This document shows, one piece after another, positions 1 through 9,559 of a DNA stretch of 36,457 bases (position 1 is the first letter of the stretch; each line of letters starts with the position of its first letter). Under the pieces are notes generated by a model. It had not been told where the DNA came from. It was given only the letters and a program-made list of their open reading frames with translations, and did not search any database. Position numbers and translations under genes: made by a program. The stretch is from a virus. The stretch is taken from UHGV virus genome UHGV-0171044. One strand, written 5' to 3'.

Positions 1-49
1 TTGATTGGAATGGTATTTTTTAGATGTGAGAAATATTTTACCCGCTATT

Positions 50-250
50 TTACCCATTGGCGCGGCTTAATAGCTTATTTTTGAATTCACAATGGTCACG
101 ATATAACCATCTTGCTCGCCCGTGGATAACTTTGGCTTTTGGCAGGTCGCCGGACTTAATCCGGTCATAGATGAAGGTCTTACCGAAGCCAGTATCAGCC
201 ATGATGAATTTCAAATCAACCAGTGAATCAGGTTGTAGTTCGTGTTGCAT
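50..250 (-). CDS. xis: excisionase (Xis/AlpA-like DNA-binding protein)
   Basis: 66-aa ORF with excisionase-like sequence (IMADTGFGKTFIYDRI); ATG preceded by GGAGA; last gene of the leftward early operon, so integrase is expected just beyond the window start. Confidence 0.7.
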   Translation of the reverse strand: MQHELQPDSLVDLKFIMADTGFGKTFIYDRIKSGDLPKAKVIHGRARWLYRDHCEFKNKLLSRANG

Positions 251-293
251 GAGTGCTATCTCCGAATAGGGAATCGAACCTGCAAATCAGGCA

Positions 294-317
294 ATAAAAA
301 ACCGCCATCAGGCGGCT
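294..317 (-). terminator. rho-independent terminator between orf55 and xis
   Basis: minus-strand GCCGCC-TGAT-GGCGG hairpin followed by TTTTTTATT; the orf55 stop codon lies in the loop. Confidence 0.6.
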
Positions 318-475
318 TGGTGTTCTTTCAGTTCTTCAATTCGAATATTGGTTACGTCTGCATGCGCTATCTGCGCCCATATCATCCAGTGGTCATAGCA
401 GTCGTTGATGTTCTCCGCTTCGATAACTCTGTTGAATGGTTCTCCATTCCATTCACCTGTGACTCGGAAGTGCAT
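308..475 (-). CDS. hypothetical small protein (55 aa)
   Basis: ORF below the track cutoff, translated by hand (MHFRVTGEWNGEPFNRVIEAENINDCYDHWMIWAQIAHADVTNIRIEELKEHQAA); fills the gap between xis and the next leftward gene. Confidence 0.35.
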   Translation of the reverse strand: MHFRVTGEWNGEPFNRVIEAENINDCYDHWMIWAQIAHADVTNIRIEELKEHQAA

Positions 476-555
476 TTATCATCTCCATAAAACAAAACTC
501 GCCGTAGCGAGTTCAGATAAAAGAAATCCATCAATTGGTTAGGGTTTTTGTAATT

Positions 556-747
556 CTACGAATTATGTTGTTTTTTAGCTTCAGCTTTCCATTCATCAAA
601 GGCAGTGTCTTTGTTCATGGTGCTGATATTGATCTTACGGTCAATATCATATACACGCCACTCACCGTTAGGCCTCTCTTCGCATCTAACTAAGTATGAA
701 TTGCCATTAATATCTATGCGTCTGTCTATTTGCATGAACATTTTCAA
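556..747 (-). CDS. hypothetical small protein
   Basis: 63-aa track ORF in operon orientation; track start is TTG, with in-frame ATGs at 741 and 735 as alternatives. Confidence 0.45.
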   Translation of the reverse strand: MKMFMQIDRRIDINGNSYLVRCEERPNGEWRVYDIDRKINISTMNKDTAFDEWKAEAKKQHNS

Positions 748-859
748 TTTTCGAATCCTCTTTAATATGCATTTTTTTGCTATTTCAGTAGTTTACTATT
801 GATGAGGCGTTATTATATACACTTCATTAATGCAAGCATCTTTATGCTATGCTACTAAT

Positions 860-1141
860 TTAGCAATTGATATTCACCTTTATCGCGTATACCTTTACCG
901 GTTTATCACCGAAGTGGGGGTGTGTGATTGTTTTCACTTCATATCCTCCATACGGAACATCAATTCTGCGACTGGAGTCGTCGCGCTTCGGATATCCCTT
1001 TGTGATAATCAGGCGGTCATACTCCCTGAACATAATTCGCTTATTCCAATAGTCATTACACAGGCGATACTCTTCCGTTTTCTTTCCGCGAATCATGGCA
1101 TCGAAGTATTCACCTTTGACGGCAAGTTGCAGGTTAGCCAC
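860..1141 (-). CDS. ASCH-domain (PUA-like) protein
   Basis: ASCH-type motif FDAMIRGKKTEEYR near the N-terminus; GTG start at 1141 preceded by AGGAGG, preferred over the upstream ATG at 1201 which overlaps the preceding gene by 67 nt. Confidence 0.55.
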   Translation of the reverse strand: MANLQLAVKGEYFDAMIRGKKTEEYRLCNDYWNKRIMFREYDRLIITKGYPKRDDSSRRIDVPYGGYEVKTITHPHFGDKPVKVYAIKVNINC

Positions 1142-1694
1142 GGTTAACCTCCTGAGGCGGTTCTGGTAGAGGCATCCAGTGGGTTGCCTGCTCAATACCA
1201 TTACCTGGCTTAACCGTTACATCTCCACGCCGGAATGTACTTCCGGTATAGCGTGCGGAGCATATTAGCGGCTCAACCAGAGAGCTATCGAAATTCACCG
1301 AAATAAGCACGTTCTTATTCTTTTCCGGCATTCGCTCACTACAGCTTATCCAGCCATCCGGAATTACCGGAGAGTTGCCCGATAGCGCGTTCTGCAGTCG
1401 CTCCAGTTTCACGTATTCCTGAACCCTGTTTCCGTCGCATGCCCGAAGCCATTGCGCAGCCTTTTGCGCATCAGTATGAAAGGCACAAGTGCGTCCGTCA
1501 TCAAATTGCATTTCGTAAAGGTCAGCAACCTGTTCAAAGTGCGTTTGTGGCAAGTTGTAAGCTTGGCTTACAGGCTCTGCTTCCAGCGATGCCAGTGCAA
1601 TTCGTGCCAGTTCCATTTGTTCGCCACGAGTAATTCCGTTTTCAAGCGGGGATTTAATGAACAATTCGATACGTTCTTTAGTGATAGTGCTCAT
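1134..1694 (-). CDS. DUF551-domain phage protein
   Basis: C-terminal DUF551 signature (DGWISCSERMPE ... THWMPLPEPPQ); ATG at 1694 preceded by AGGAGA and 1 nt from the upstream stop; the track's longer start would overlap the upstream gene. Confidence 0.6.
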   Translation of the reverse strand: MSTITKERIELFIKSPLENGITRGEQMELARIALASLEAEPVSQAYNLPQTHFEQVADLYEMQFDDGRTCAFHTDAQKAAQWLRACDGNRVQEYVKLERLQNALSGNSPVIPDGWISCSERMPEKNKNVLISVNFDSSLVEPLICSARYTGSTFRRGDVTVKPGNGIEQATHWMPLPEPPQEVNRG

Positions 1695-1695
1695 A

Positions 1696-2319
1696 TCACT
1701 CTCCTTTGATGCGAATGCCAGCTGCGCTTGCTGATTCTTCATATGCGCGTTTAGCAGCGTTAAGGATTGCTGCCAGTGGCGTATAGCCGCCATCCATTCG
1801 GATTGTGTTGTGGATGCCAGCCATTGTGTCGCGCAATTTGCTGTGGCTAGCAGACAGTTCTGCTATGCACTTCTCTGCGGCATCGGCTCGATCTTTTTCA
1901 CGCTGGAACATTTTGTGAGTGCGGTCTATAGCTTCGATTCGTGCCGCTGATGTCTTCTGCACGGCTTCAAGCTCAACACGCAGCTTCCCAACCGTAAGAG
2001 CAATATCCTCGTTCTTCTGGTCGCGGCGTTTGATGTATTGCTGGTTTCTTTCCAGCTCATCCAGCAGCGCCAAGACGGTAGCCGGATTGGCTGCAGCGAT
2101 GAATTCAGCATTGGCCTGCTGTTCCATTTGGAAATCTTCATCGAAACCGCTTTCAGGATGCGCTCCTTCAATTCTGCAAATGGGAATATATCCAGCAACT
2201 TCACGATGAATTAGCGCATCATCACCATCAAATCGGCTCTCTCCATATTCGAGCGACCACTCGCCACACGTTGCTTTTTCTGCCTTAGCACGCAATGCCT
2301 GATAGTCAATCTCGCTCAT
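1696..2319 (-). CDS. Ea22-like early protein
   Basis: N-terminus [21 protein letters not shown] is typical of the lambdoid Ea22 family; AGGAGG before the ATG; coiled-coil middle. Confidence 0.6.
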   Translation of the reverse strand: MSEIDYQALRAKAEKATCGEWSLEYGESRFDGDDALIHREVAGYIPICRIEGAHPESGFDEDFQMEQQANAEFIAAANPATVLALLDELERNQQYIKRRDQKNEDIALTVGKLRVELEAVQKTSAARIEAIDRTHKMFQREKDRADAAEKCIAELSASHSKLRDTMAGIHNTIRMDGGYTPLAAILNAAKRAYEESASAAGIRIKGE

Positions 2320-2747
2320 TGGTTGCCTCCTTTGCGAAGCTGGGAAGCAAAGTCACGGATAGTGTCATCAAGGTCTGGGCACAACAGATGGTCAGCAAAC
2401 ATCTCTACCCCCTGCGCCCGTACTTCAGCCAGAAAAGCATCGGTGGCTGGGGTTTCAGTAACATCATCTTCCCATTCGCCAAACTCCTCACGACAAAAGT
2501 CATTAAATTCCTTCTCAGATTGCTTAAGCGAGGTATTTTCTGCAGCCATCTTCGCGCATTTAGCCTCAAGGTTATCAATCGTGATTCCAGCAGAACGACA
2601 CTCCCGCAACGCCGTTTCCAGTTTTGATTCAAGCTCACCGAACTTACGCACCAGATATTCAGCGTTTGTTTCGTTAACCCTTAAATCTCGTGGGATGCAT
2701 TTACCTTTCAGAAAACCATCCATCTCAATTAGTGACATTTGTTTCAT
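2316..2747 (-). CDS. hypothetical acidic protein
   Basis: ATG at 2747 overlaps the upstream stop as ATGA; the track start at 2765 is GTG. Confidence 0.5.
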   Translation of the reverse strand: MKQMSLIEMDGFLKGKCIPRDLRVNETNAEYLVRKFGELESKLETALRECRSAGITIDNLEAKCAKMAAENTSLKQSEKEFNDFCREEFGEWEDDVTETPATDAFLAEVRAQGVEMFADHLLCPDLDDTIRDFASQLRKGGNQ

Positions 2748-2908
2748 TTCTTCCCACTCCGCCACATCGCATTCAGATATTTGTTGTCATTAACAGAGCC
2801 GAAACTATTTCTCTTAAGCAATTCCTCTCTCGATGGCATTGGCTTTACGCGTTGGCGAATAATCATTTCTGCCGGAAGAATGCCGGGATTGTATGCAAGT
2901 CCTCTCAT
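2744..2908 (-). CDS. hypothetical small protein (54 aa)
   Basis: internal ATG at 2908 preceded by GAGGAA at 7-nt spacing; the longer track ORF would overlap the upstream gene by about 140 nt. Confidence 0.35.
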   Translation of the reverse strand: MRGLAYNPGILPAEMIIRQRVKPMPSREELLKRNSFGSVNDNKYLNAMWRSGKK

Positions 2909-2918
2909 GGTAAATTCC

Positions 2919-3212
2919 TCAGTCATTACTGATAGCGCCATAGCGTGAGCGGTAATTACGCAGGCGCGGGTCAATTTCAGGGAAGTGGGTATATGTGGCT
3001 TTGCGGAATGGTCGGATTGATGTCTGGTAAATTCGCTCGCGTTCTTCTTTCTCTGCAAGCCATATACAATGGCGAAATTCCTTTTCCTCTTTCGTTTCCT
3101 GCGGTAGCGACATTATCCGGTCGTAGTTTTTTCTGAATTTATCCAGCACCTCCGATACGGAATTGCCGGAACAGCGGCGCGCGTCATCCGCACCATACAA
3201 AGGCGCTGGCAT
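2919..3212 (-). CDS. hypothetical protein
   Basis: 97-aa ORF immediately downstream of ssb; ATG preceded by AGGAGA. Confidence 0.5.
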   Translation of the reverse strand: MPAPLYGADDARRCSGNSVSEVLDKFRKNYDRIMSLPQETKEEKEFRHCIWLAEKEERERIYQTSIRPFRKATYTHFPEIDPRLRNYRSRYGAISND

Positions 3213-3225
3213 GTTTTTCTCCTGA

Positions 3226-3732
3226 TTAAATTGCGTGAATAGCGTGACGAGGGAAGGGGAGAGTTACTGGTGCAAAGGGTATATCGTCGTCAAAATCCAT
3301 CGGAGGTTCGTTGTGTTGTGCTGGTGATGATTGCTGCTGTGGCTTCTGTGATTGCCTGCTGGCTGCTTGTTGTTTGCTGTCGCCAATGCCGCCAAGCATT
3401 TGCATCACGCCATTAATTCCGACATGAACCTCGGTTGTGTAACGGTCTTGCCCTGACTGGTCTTTCCACTTTCTGGTTCTCAGCATTCCCTCGAAATAAA
3501 TCTGATCACCTTTTTTCACATACCGCCCAACGACCTCAGCCAGTTTCCCGGATACAGCAACACGATGCCATTCAGTCAATTCCTTTTGCTCGCCAGTATT
3601 TTTATCTCGCCATTGTTCTGACGTGGCTATTGTCAGGTTAGCGAACGCTGTTCCTGATGGTGAGTATCGAACTTCCGGGTCTTGTCCTACCCGACCAAGG
3701 ATAATCACCTTATTTACGCCTCTGCTTGCCAT
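3226..3732 (-). CDS. ssb: single-stranded DNA-binding protein with a 15-residue extension after the DDDIPF tip
   Basis: OB-fold SSB sequence ([18 protein letters not shown] ... EWHRV) and Gly/Gln-rich linker ending in MDFDDDIPF, but the frame continues [15 protein letters not shown] before the stop. Confidence 0.85.
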   Translation of the reverse strand: MASRGVNKVIILGRVGQDPEVRYSPSGTAFANLTIATSEQWRDKNTGEQKELTEWHRVAVSGKLAEVVGRYVKKGDQIYFEGMLRTRKWKDQSGQDRYTTEVHVGINGVMQMLGGIGDSKQQAASRQSQKPQQQSSPAQHNEPPMDFDDDIPFAPVTLPFPRHAIHAI

Positions 3733-4440
3733 TTATGCCGCCTGTTTTAGTTCGTTAACTCTGATGTTCATTACCTGAACGCATTTAGCCTGCGCCTCCT
3801 CGTTGCCAGCCATTAATTGCCAGTCACGCTGATAACGCTCGATGAGTTTTTTCTTGTCAGTTTCTGTTGACGCATAATCGCTGAAGTCTTTCAGGATTTG
3901 TTCGCAGTCAACCGATGGAGATTTCTGGTTGGTATTTTCTGGTGATGGTTTGTTATCTGATGCTGGGATTGCCCATCCCGGCAGCGATGGAGGAAGCCAG
4001 TAAAATCCTGTTCCATCCTTGAGTTTTGCCCTGTGCCATCCCTGCTTTTTGTCGAGAGATGTTTGTGCGAAACCTTCCTCAAGGTTATACAGATACCGAC
4101 CGATTCCCCACTGAACGGCAGCACGCTTCATTGCACCTGAACGACCACCTTTTACGGCTTCTACCTGCGTGTTTTCAGCAGCATCCCATTTGGTTACCCA
4201 TTCGGAATCAATCTTGATTGATATGCCGCATTCAACTCCGCCGTTGTTGGGAATATCGCGGTATTCATTGCGCCATCCTGCTTTGCCGCAAACATCGTCC
4301 AGGCGTTTCATGATTGCCCGGTTCGTGACATAAGCCAGCACCATAGCCCACACCTTGCCATCGCGTGTTTTACCGCTTTGCTGTATTCGCCATTCGATAT
4401 CTTCGGGGCTGAATGGCTCATCGAATTTATTCAAATCCAT
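3733..4440 (-). CDS. Rad52-like single-strand annealing protein with an Erf-like C-terminal domain
   Basis: Rad52/Sak hallmark KRAAVQWGIGRYLY; the C-terminal ~60 aa (TETDKKKLIERYQRDWQL ... CVQVMNIRVNELKQ) matches the P22 Erf C-terminus as I recall it; GAGGTGA RBS. Confidence 0.8.
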   Translation of the reverse strand: MDLNKFDEPFSPEDIEWRIQQSGKTRDGKVWAMVLAYVTNRAIMKRLDDVCGKAGWRNEYRDIPNNGGVECGISIKIDSEWVTKWDAAENTQVEAVKGGRSGAMKRAAVQWGIGRYLYNLEEGFAQTSLDKKQGWHRAKLKDGTGFYWLPPSLPGWAIPASDNKPSPENTNQKSPSVDCEQILKDFSDYASTETDKKKLIERYQRDWQLMAGNEEAQAKCVQVMNIRVNELKQAA

Positions 4441-4527
4441 AATTCACCTCAGAATGGACATGGACCAAGGAAATAACGCTGATTTAATACTTCGGTCTTT
4501 GCCGCGTTTAAAAATACGCGAACACCT

Positions 4528-4698
4528 TCACGATCTCCCTTCTGGCGATACATTAACGCCTGCTGCGTGTACATGCGTCTCTGTAACTTGCTCTCCTTCA
4601 CTGTGGTTGCAAGTGACATGAATATCTCCTTCGTTACCGATTAATTCTTTCATCTGACGAATGAATTCTTCGTCTGACCAGTTATCTGTAAAACTCAT
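4528..4698 (-). CDS. hypothetical acidic small protein (56 aa)
   Basis: ATG at 4698 overlaps the kil stop as ATGA; the track ORF starts at an upstream GTG. Confidence 0.4.
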   Translation of the reverse strand: MSFTDNWSDEEFIRQMKELIGNEGDIHVTCNHSEGEQVTETHVHAAGVNVSPEGRS

Positions 4699-4847
4699 TT
4701 CCTGCGATACCACGGAAGGTTGATAGCTGATTTCATCGCTTTATTTGCTTCAAGCCACATTTTTGAATCACCAATAAATCTGGCTATTACTGCTTTGTTC
4801 TGTGCAGCACGAAGCATCTGGTGATTAATGGCTATTTCATTGCGCAT
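4695..4847 (-). CDS. kil: Kil-like host-killing protein (50 aa)
   Basis: hand translation MRNEIAINHQMLRAAQNKAVIARFIGDSKMW... resembles lambda Kil (FIGDEKMF) as recalled; GGAGG RBS; sits directly after cIII as in lambda. Confidence 0.5.
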   Translation of the reverse strand: MRNEIAINHQMLRAAQNKAVIARFIGDSKMWLEANKAMKSAINLPWYRRK

Positions 4848-4966
4848 AACGCCTCCAGTTGTTTCTTTGCTGCTCTGATTAATTGTTTAACTCGGCGTGA
4901 TAATTCAGATTCGTGCGGGTAGAAAGCGGACATGACGCCGCTACCCGCGAGCTGAAAGTGCATCAT
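4832..4966 (-). CDS. cIII: CIII-like FtsH inhibitor (44 aa)
   Basis: MMHFQLAGSGVMSAFYPHESELSRRVKQLIRAAKKQL parallels lambda CIII (MQYAIAGWPVAGCPSESLLERITRKLRDGWKRL, from memory); AAGGAG at 7 nt before ATGATG; the longer track ORF is an N-terminal over-extension. Confidence 0.6.
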   Translation of the reverse strand: MMHFQLAGSGVMSAFYPHESELSRRVKQLIRAAKKQLEALCAMK

Positions 4967-5032
4967 GGGTAACTCCTTATATTTGATTGCATAACGAAAA
5001 CGCCTCAAGTGAAGCGTTATTGGTATGAATAT

Positions 5033-5056
5033 AAAAAAGCCCTCACACTGGAGGGC
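5033..5056 (-). terminator. rho-independent terminator between the accessory cluster and cIII
   Basis: minus-strand GCCCTC-CAGTGT-GAGGGC followed by TTTTTT. Confidence 0.6.
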
Positions 5057-5118
5057 AAAGAAGATTTCCAATAATCAGAACAAGTCGGCTCCTGTTTAGT
5101 TACGAGCGACATTGCTCC

Positions 5119-5146
5119 GTGTATTCACTCGTTGGAATGAATACAC
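5119..5146 (-). repeat. 9-bp perfect inverted repeat with 10-nt spacer
   Basis: GTGTATTCA ... TGAATACAC directly downstream of the 70-aa ORF and upstream of the terminator; no U-tract, so possibly a processing or protein-binding site. Confidence 0.3.
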
Positions 5147-5151
5147 AGTGC

Positions 5152-5364
5152 TTATTCGCGAGCTTTGAGCATGGCATCAGCAATAAAGTAGGCATCATCT
5201 GCTAATTCTTTGTACTGTGGTGAATTCTGTCCACCACCAAAGGAATGTCCGTCCCATCTGCGCACTATTGCTGCCATAGCCTTAGCAGCGAAGTAATCAC
5301 GTAATGTCGCATCACTTGCCATTTCTGGGTGTTTGATATCTGCTTCATAAAACTCGCACATCAT
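5152..5364 (-). CDS. hypothetical protein (70 aa)
   Basis: ATGATG start overlapping the upstream stop as ATGA. Confidence 0.5.
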   Translation of the reverse strand: MMCEFYEADIKHPEMASDATLRDYFAAKAMAAIVRRWDGHSFGGGQNSPQYKELADDAYFIADAMLKARE

Positions 5365-5657
5365 TCACCTCCCAGAGCCTTGCTGATTGCTGCAAGACCT
5401 TTATTAACAGCTCCATACCATTCTGGATATGTTGTCGTTGTTCTATTTTTGGATTGCTTAAGTAATAACTGAAGTGCTTCGAGAAGGTCAGGTGCTGCCG
5501 CTATTAAATTGGCATCTTCAATACATTGAACTTCCTCACAGATTGCAATATACGAACGCCAGCCTGCGCCATTTTCAAGTGAGTCTGCCTGGATTATTTT
5601 AATCTCATCGCCATCCATCATTATTTCCCACTTACCTTCAGTACCTTTAAATTCCAT
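5361..5657 (-). CDS. hypothetical protein (98 aa)
   Basis: internal ATG at 5657 with a GAGG-type RBS; the track start is TTG. Confidence 0.5.
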   Translation of the reverse strand: MEFKGTEGKWEIMMDGDEIKIIQADSLENGAGWRSYIAICEEVQCIEDANLIAAAPDLLEALQLLLKQSKNRTTTTYPEWYGAVNKGLAAISKALGGE

Positions 5658-5704
5658 GTTAGCCTCTGTTGTTAGTGCCAAAAATAAAGGCCGACAATGC
5701 GGCC

Positions 5705-5887
5705 TCAGAATGGGTTGTATCCATGTTTAAAGGCGAAATCGTATGCCTCACCCTTAGTGCTGAAGTATTCATAATCAGCAAATCCATCACGATAAAACTT
5801 GCAGCACCAATGAGGCGGAATGCCATCCTCAGGGCCATAGTTTTGATGGAAAACATCCTCGACGATTATATTTTCATCTTTTCCCAT
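5705..5887 (-). CDS. hypothetical protein (60 aa)
   Basis: ATG preceded by GAGGTGA. Confidence 0.45.
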   Translation of the reverse strand: MGKDENIIVEDVFHQNYGPEDGIPPHWCCKFYRDGFADYEYFSTKGEAYDFAFKHGYNPF

Positions 5888-5941
5888 ATCTCACCTCAAA
5901 TAAGTGGTTTGCTGCGAAAGTAAATACGCTTAAGTTACCTG

Positions 5942-6079
5942 TTATTTATCCCACCAAGTTCCGCATCTATCTATCCAGTTACACCAATCATCGACACTCC
6001 ATTTTGTTGTGTCGCATTTTGGCAACTGGCATGAATATCTACCTTCTTTGTAAAGTCGGCGTTTGACTTTCTTGAGCAT
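5942..6079 (-). CDS. hypothetical Cys4 small protein (45 aa, possible zinc ribbon)
   Basis: hand translation MLKKVKRRLYKEGRYSCQLPKCDTTKWSVDDWCNWIDRCGTWWDK; C-x4-C ... C-x5-C spacing; GAGGTGA RBS; first ORF after N. Confidence 0.35.
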   Translation of the reverse strand: MLKKVKRRLYKEGRYSCQLPKCDTTKWSVDDWCNWIDRCGTWWDK

Positions 6080-6087
6080 GGCTCACC

Positions 6088-6420
6088 TCAATCGTAATAA
6101 GCTGGAATTGATTTTCCGCGTTGCTTCTGGCGGCCTGAGCAAGTCACACCCATTTCACTGCGTGGCTTGCTGTACCATGTGCGCTGATTCTTGCGCTCAA
6201 TACGTTGCAGGTTGCTTTCAATCTGTTCGTGGTATTCAGCCAGCACCGTAAGGTCTATCGGATTCAGTGCGCTTTCTACTCGTGATTTCGGTTTGCGATT
6301 CAGTGAGAGAATAGGGCGGTTAACTGGTTTAGCGCTTACCCCAACCAACAGGGGATTTGCTGCTTTCCATTGAGCCTGTTTCTCTGCGCGACGTTCGCGG
6401 CGGCGTGTTTGTGCATCCAT
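6088..6420 (-). CDS. N: antitermination protein N (lambda type)
   Basis: MDAQTRRRERRAEKQAQWKAANPLLVGVSAKPVNRPILSLNRKPKSRVESALNPIDLTVLAEY matches lambda N including the arginine-rich boxB-binding motif; real start is the internal ATG at 6420. Confidence 0.9.
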   Translation of the reverse strand: MDAQTRRRERRAEKQAQWKAANPLLVGVSAKPVNRPILSLNRKPKSRVESALNPIDLTVLAEYHEQIESNLQRIERKNQRTWYSKPRSEMGVTCSGRQKQRGKSIPAYYD

Positions 6421-6578
6421 CTGGATTCTCCTGTCAGTTAGCTTTGGTGGTGTGTGGGAGTCGTAGTCCTGAACGAAAACACCCCGCGATTGGCGCATTG
6501 GCAGCTAATCCGGATTCGCACTTCCGGCCAATGCTTCGTTTCGTATCACACACCCCAAAGCCTTCTGCTTTGAATGCT

Positions 6579-6609
6579 GCCCTTCTTCAGGGCTTAATTT
6601 TTAAGAGCG
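6579..6609 (-). promoter_or_regulatory. nutL (boxA CGCTCTTAA, boxB GCCCTGAAGAAGGGC)
   Basis: minus-strand sequence CGCTCTTAAAAATTAAGCCCTGAAGAAGGGC matches lambda nutL as recalled, upstream of N. Confidence 0.85.
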
Positions 6610-6644
6610 TCACCTTCATGGTGGTCAGTGCGTCCTGCTGATGG

Positions 6645-6721
6645 CTTAAAATTACAAGAAAGATTGTATGCTGTAAACAAGAAATATTGTAAAAATGGGC
6701 GTGAAAAACAAACTCCATTGT
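6645..6721 (-). promoter_or_regulatory. pL promoter with 434-type OL operators
   Basis: three 14-bp ACAAnnnnnnTTGT sites (6654-6667, 6677-6690, 6708-6721); minus-strand TTTACA and TAATTT hexamers 17 bp apart. Confidence 0.7.
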
Positions 6722-6771
6722 TTTTAAACGGAAAATAGTTTGTTTTTTGGTTGTCGAAATCGAGGTGAGGA

Positions 6772-8115
<1,344 letters not shown>

Positions 8116-8132
8116 GCCGCTTAAGACATTCC

Positions 8133-8164
8133 CGCTCTTACACATCCCAGCCCTGAAAAAGGGC
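8133..8164 (+). promoter_or_regulatory. nutR (boxA CGCTCTTACACAT, boxB GCCCTGAAAAAGGGC)
   Basis: matches lambda nutR as recalled, between cro and cII. Confidence 0.85.
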
Positions 8165-8243
8165 ATCAAATTAAACCACACCTATGGTGTATGCATTTAT
8201 TTGCATACATTCAATCAATTGTTATCTAAGGAAATACTTACAT

Positions 8244-8522
8244 ATGCAACTTACAAGTACTCGCAAGAAAGCGAATGCAATTACAAGCAACATCCTGAAT
8301 CGAATTGCTGTACGTGGTCAGCGAAAGGTTGCCGACGCGTTAGGGATTAATGAATCGCAAATTTCGCGATGGAAAGACAGCTTCATCCCAAAAATGGGAA
8401 TGCTTCTGGCTGTTCTTGAATGGGGTGTTGAAGACGAGGAGTTGGCGGAACTGGCTAAGAAAGTAGCCAGAATGCTGACAAAAGAAAAAGCCCCGAAGAA
8501 CGGCGAATTCTTCGAGGCCTGA
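8244..8522 (+). CDS. cII: CII transcriptional activator
   Basis: [38 protein letters not shown] resembles lambda CII; RBS AAGGAAATACTTACATATG matches lambda cII as recalled; the track ORF starts too early. Confidence 0.85.
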   Translation: MQLTSTRKKANAITSNILNRIAVRGQRKVADALGINESQISRWKDSFIPKMGMLLAVLEWGVEDEELAELAKKVARMLTKEKAPKNGEFFEA

Positions 8523-8556
8523 TGTAGAAAGACTGGATCAATCCACAGGAGTAATT

Positions 8557-8703
8557 ATGACAAAACAACTCAGTCCTTACCAGGACAAAATTCACAAACA
8601 CATACTACGTGATCGCTTCCTGTCCAGCTTCAAGCAGCCTGGTCGATTCCGGGCTGAGTTGGAAAAAGTGAAGCTGATGCAGAAGGAGAAAGGTCATGAG
8701 TAA
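8557..8703 (+). CDS. hypothetical small protein (48 aa) between cII and the initiator
   Basis: hand-translated [51 protein letters not shown] with AGGAG RBS; P22 carries an orf48 at this position. Confidence 0.4.
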   Translation: MTKQLSPYQDKIHKHILRDRFLSSFKQPGRFRAELEKVKLMQKEKGHE

Positions 8704-9556
8704 TCTTGCAACCGTAACACATTTAAGGCCTTCACAACGGCCTGTGGAGCGTCGTGTGGCAGAAGTTGAAGATGGTTATACCCGTCTTGCAAATGCCCTG
8801 TATGAAGAGCTTATCGGCGCAGATTTAACGAAAAATCAGAGCAAGGTTGCCCACGCCATATGCCGTAAAACATACGGATACGGTAAAAAGATGGATCGCA
8901 TCTCTGATAGTCAGTTAGCTCAAATTACCAGGCTGCCAAGACAGAAGGTAAACAAGGCCAAGAATGAGCTTATCGCGATGAAGGTTATCCTTCGCGAAGG
9001 CCAGCAAATCGGGCCTAACAAGAACATCGAGGAATGGCAAATAGAAGGGTGTCACTACTCTGGTGATAATGTCACTGCATTGGTGACAAAAAGTGTCACC
9101 AAAACGGTGACAGCGCTGTCACCAAAACAGGGACACACAAAAGAAACTATTACAAAAGAAAAAAGAAATAATAAAAACACTATGTCCGAAAGTGTTCGGA
9201 CGGAGTGTGAAAAATCACCTGACCGTCACGAAGAAACCGACAAGGCATTCGAGGAAATATTCTGGTGTGCAGGCATGCGGAAAGCCGGGAAGAAAAACGC
9301 AGCTTCAGCATTCAGAACACAGTTCAGGGAATGGCGTAAAACTACCAAGGGTACGGCAAGCGAGTTTGCCACGATGCTGGCAGAAGACATCGCATGCAGG
9401 AATGGTAAGCAGTTCGGATTCGACAGGTTGTTACCATCGAGCTACCTGAACGGTCAGCGCTGGAACGACGAGAAGCCAGAAACTATTCAACCACAATCCA
9501 AACCATCATCCGCAATCACCGTATCGAAAACTGGCTACGTGTTTTTCGACAGGTGA
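8696..9556 (+). CDS. replication initiator (O-like, P22 gene 18-type N-terminal domain)
   Basis: N-terminal replication-protein-O domain ([38 protein letters not shown]); AAGGAG RBS; contains the iteron-encoding segment. Confidence 0.8.
   Translation: MSNLATVTHLRPSQRPVERRVAEVEDGYTRLANALYEELIGADLTKNQSKVAHAICRKTYGYGKKMDRISDSQLAQITRLPRQKVNKAKNELIAMKVILREGQQIGPNKNIEEWQIEGCHYSGDNVTALVTKSVTKTVTALSPKQGHTKETITKEKRNNKNTMSESVRTECEKSPDRHEETDKAFEEIFWCAGMRKAGKKNAASAFRTQFREWRKTTKGTASEFATMLAEDIACRNGKQFGFDRLLPSSYLNGQRWNDEKPETIQPQSKPSSAITVSKTGYVFFDR
9049..9180 (+). promoter_or_regulatory. origin of replication: iterons plus AT-rich tract inside the initiator gene
   Basis: repeated GGTGACA/TGTCACC units (TGGTGACAAAAAGTGTCACCAAAACGGTGACAGCGCTGTCACCAAAAC) followed by an A-rich stretch, as in lambda ori within O. 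Confidence 0.6.
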
Positions 9557-9559
9557 ACC

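Noticed and set aside
263-285. tRNA-like T-loop motif (GGTTCGATTCC on the minus strand) just upstream of xis, possibly an att-site remnant
   Set aside because: The flanking bases do not form a T-stem or acceptor stem, and the position (between xis and orf55, not beside int) is wrong for attP; judged a chance match.
242-490. 82-aa plus-strand ORF
   Set aside because: Antisense to the leftward operon (overlaps orf55 and the terminator); no RBS.
4832-5071. 79-aa track ORF spanning the cIII region
   Set aside because: The N-terminal 35 residues are hydrophobic read-through across the terminator and RBS region; the real gene is the 44-aa cIII-like product starting at ATGATG (4966) behind AAGGAG.
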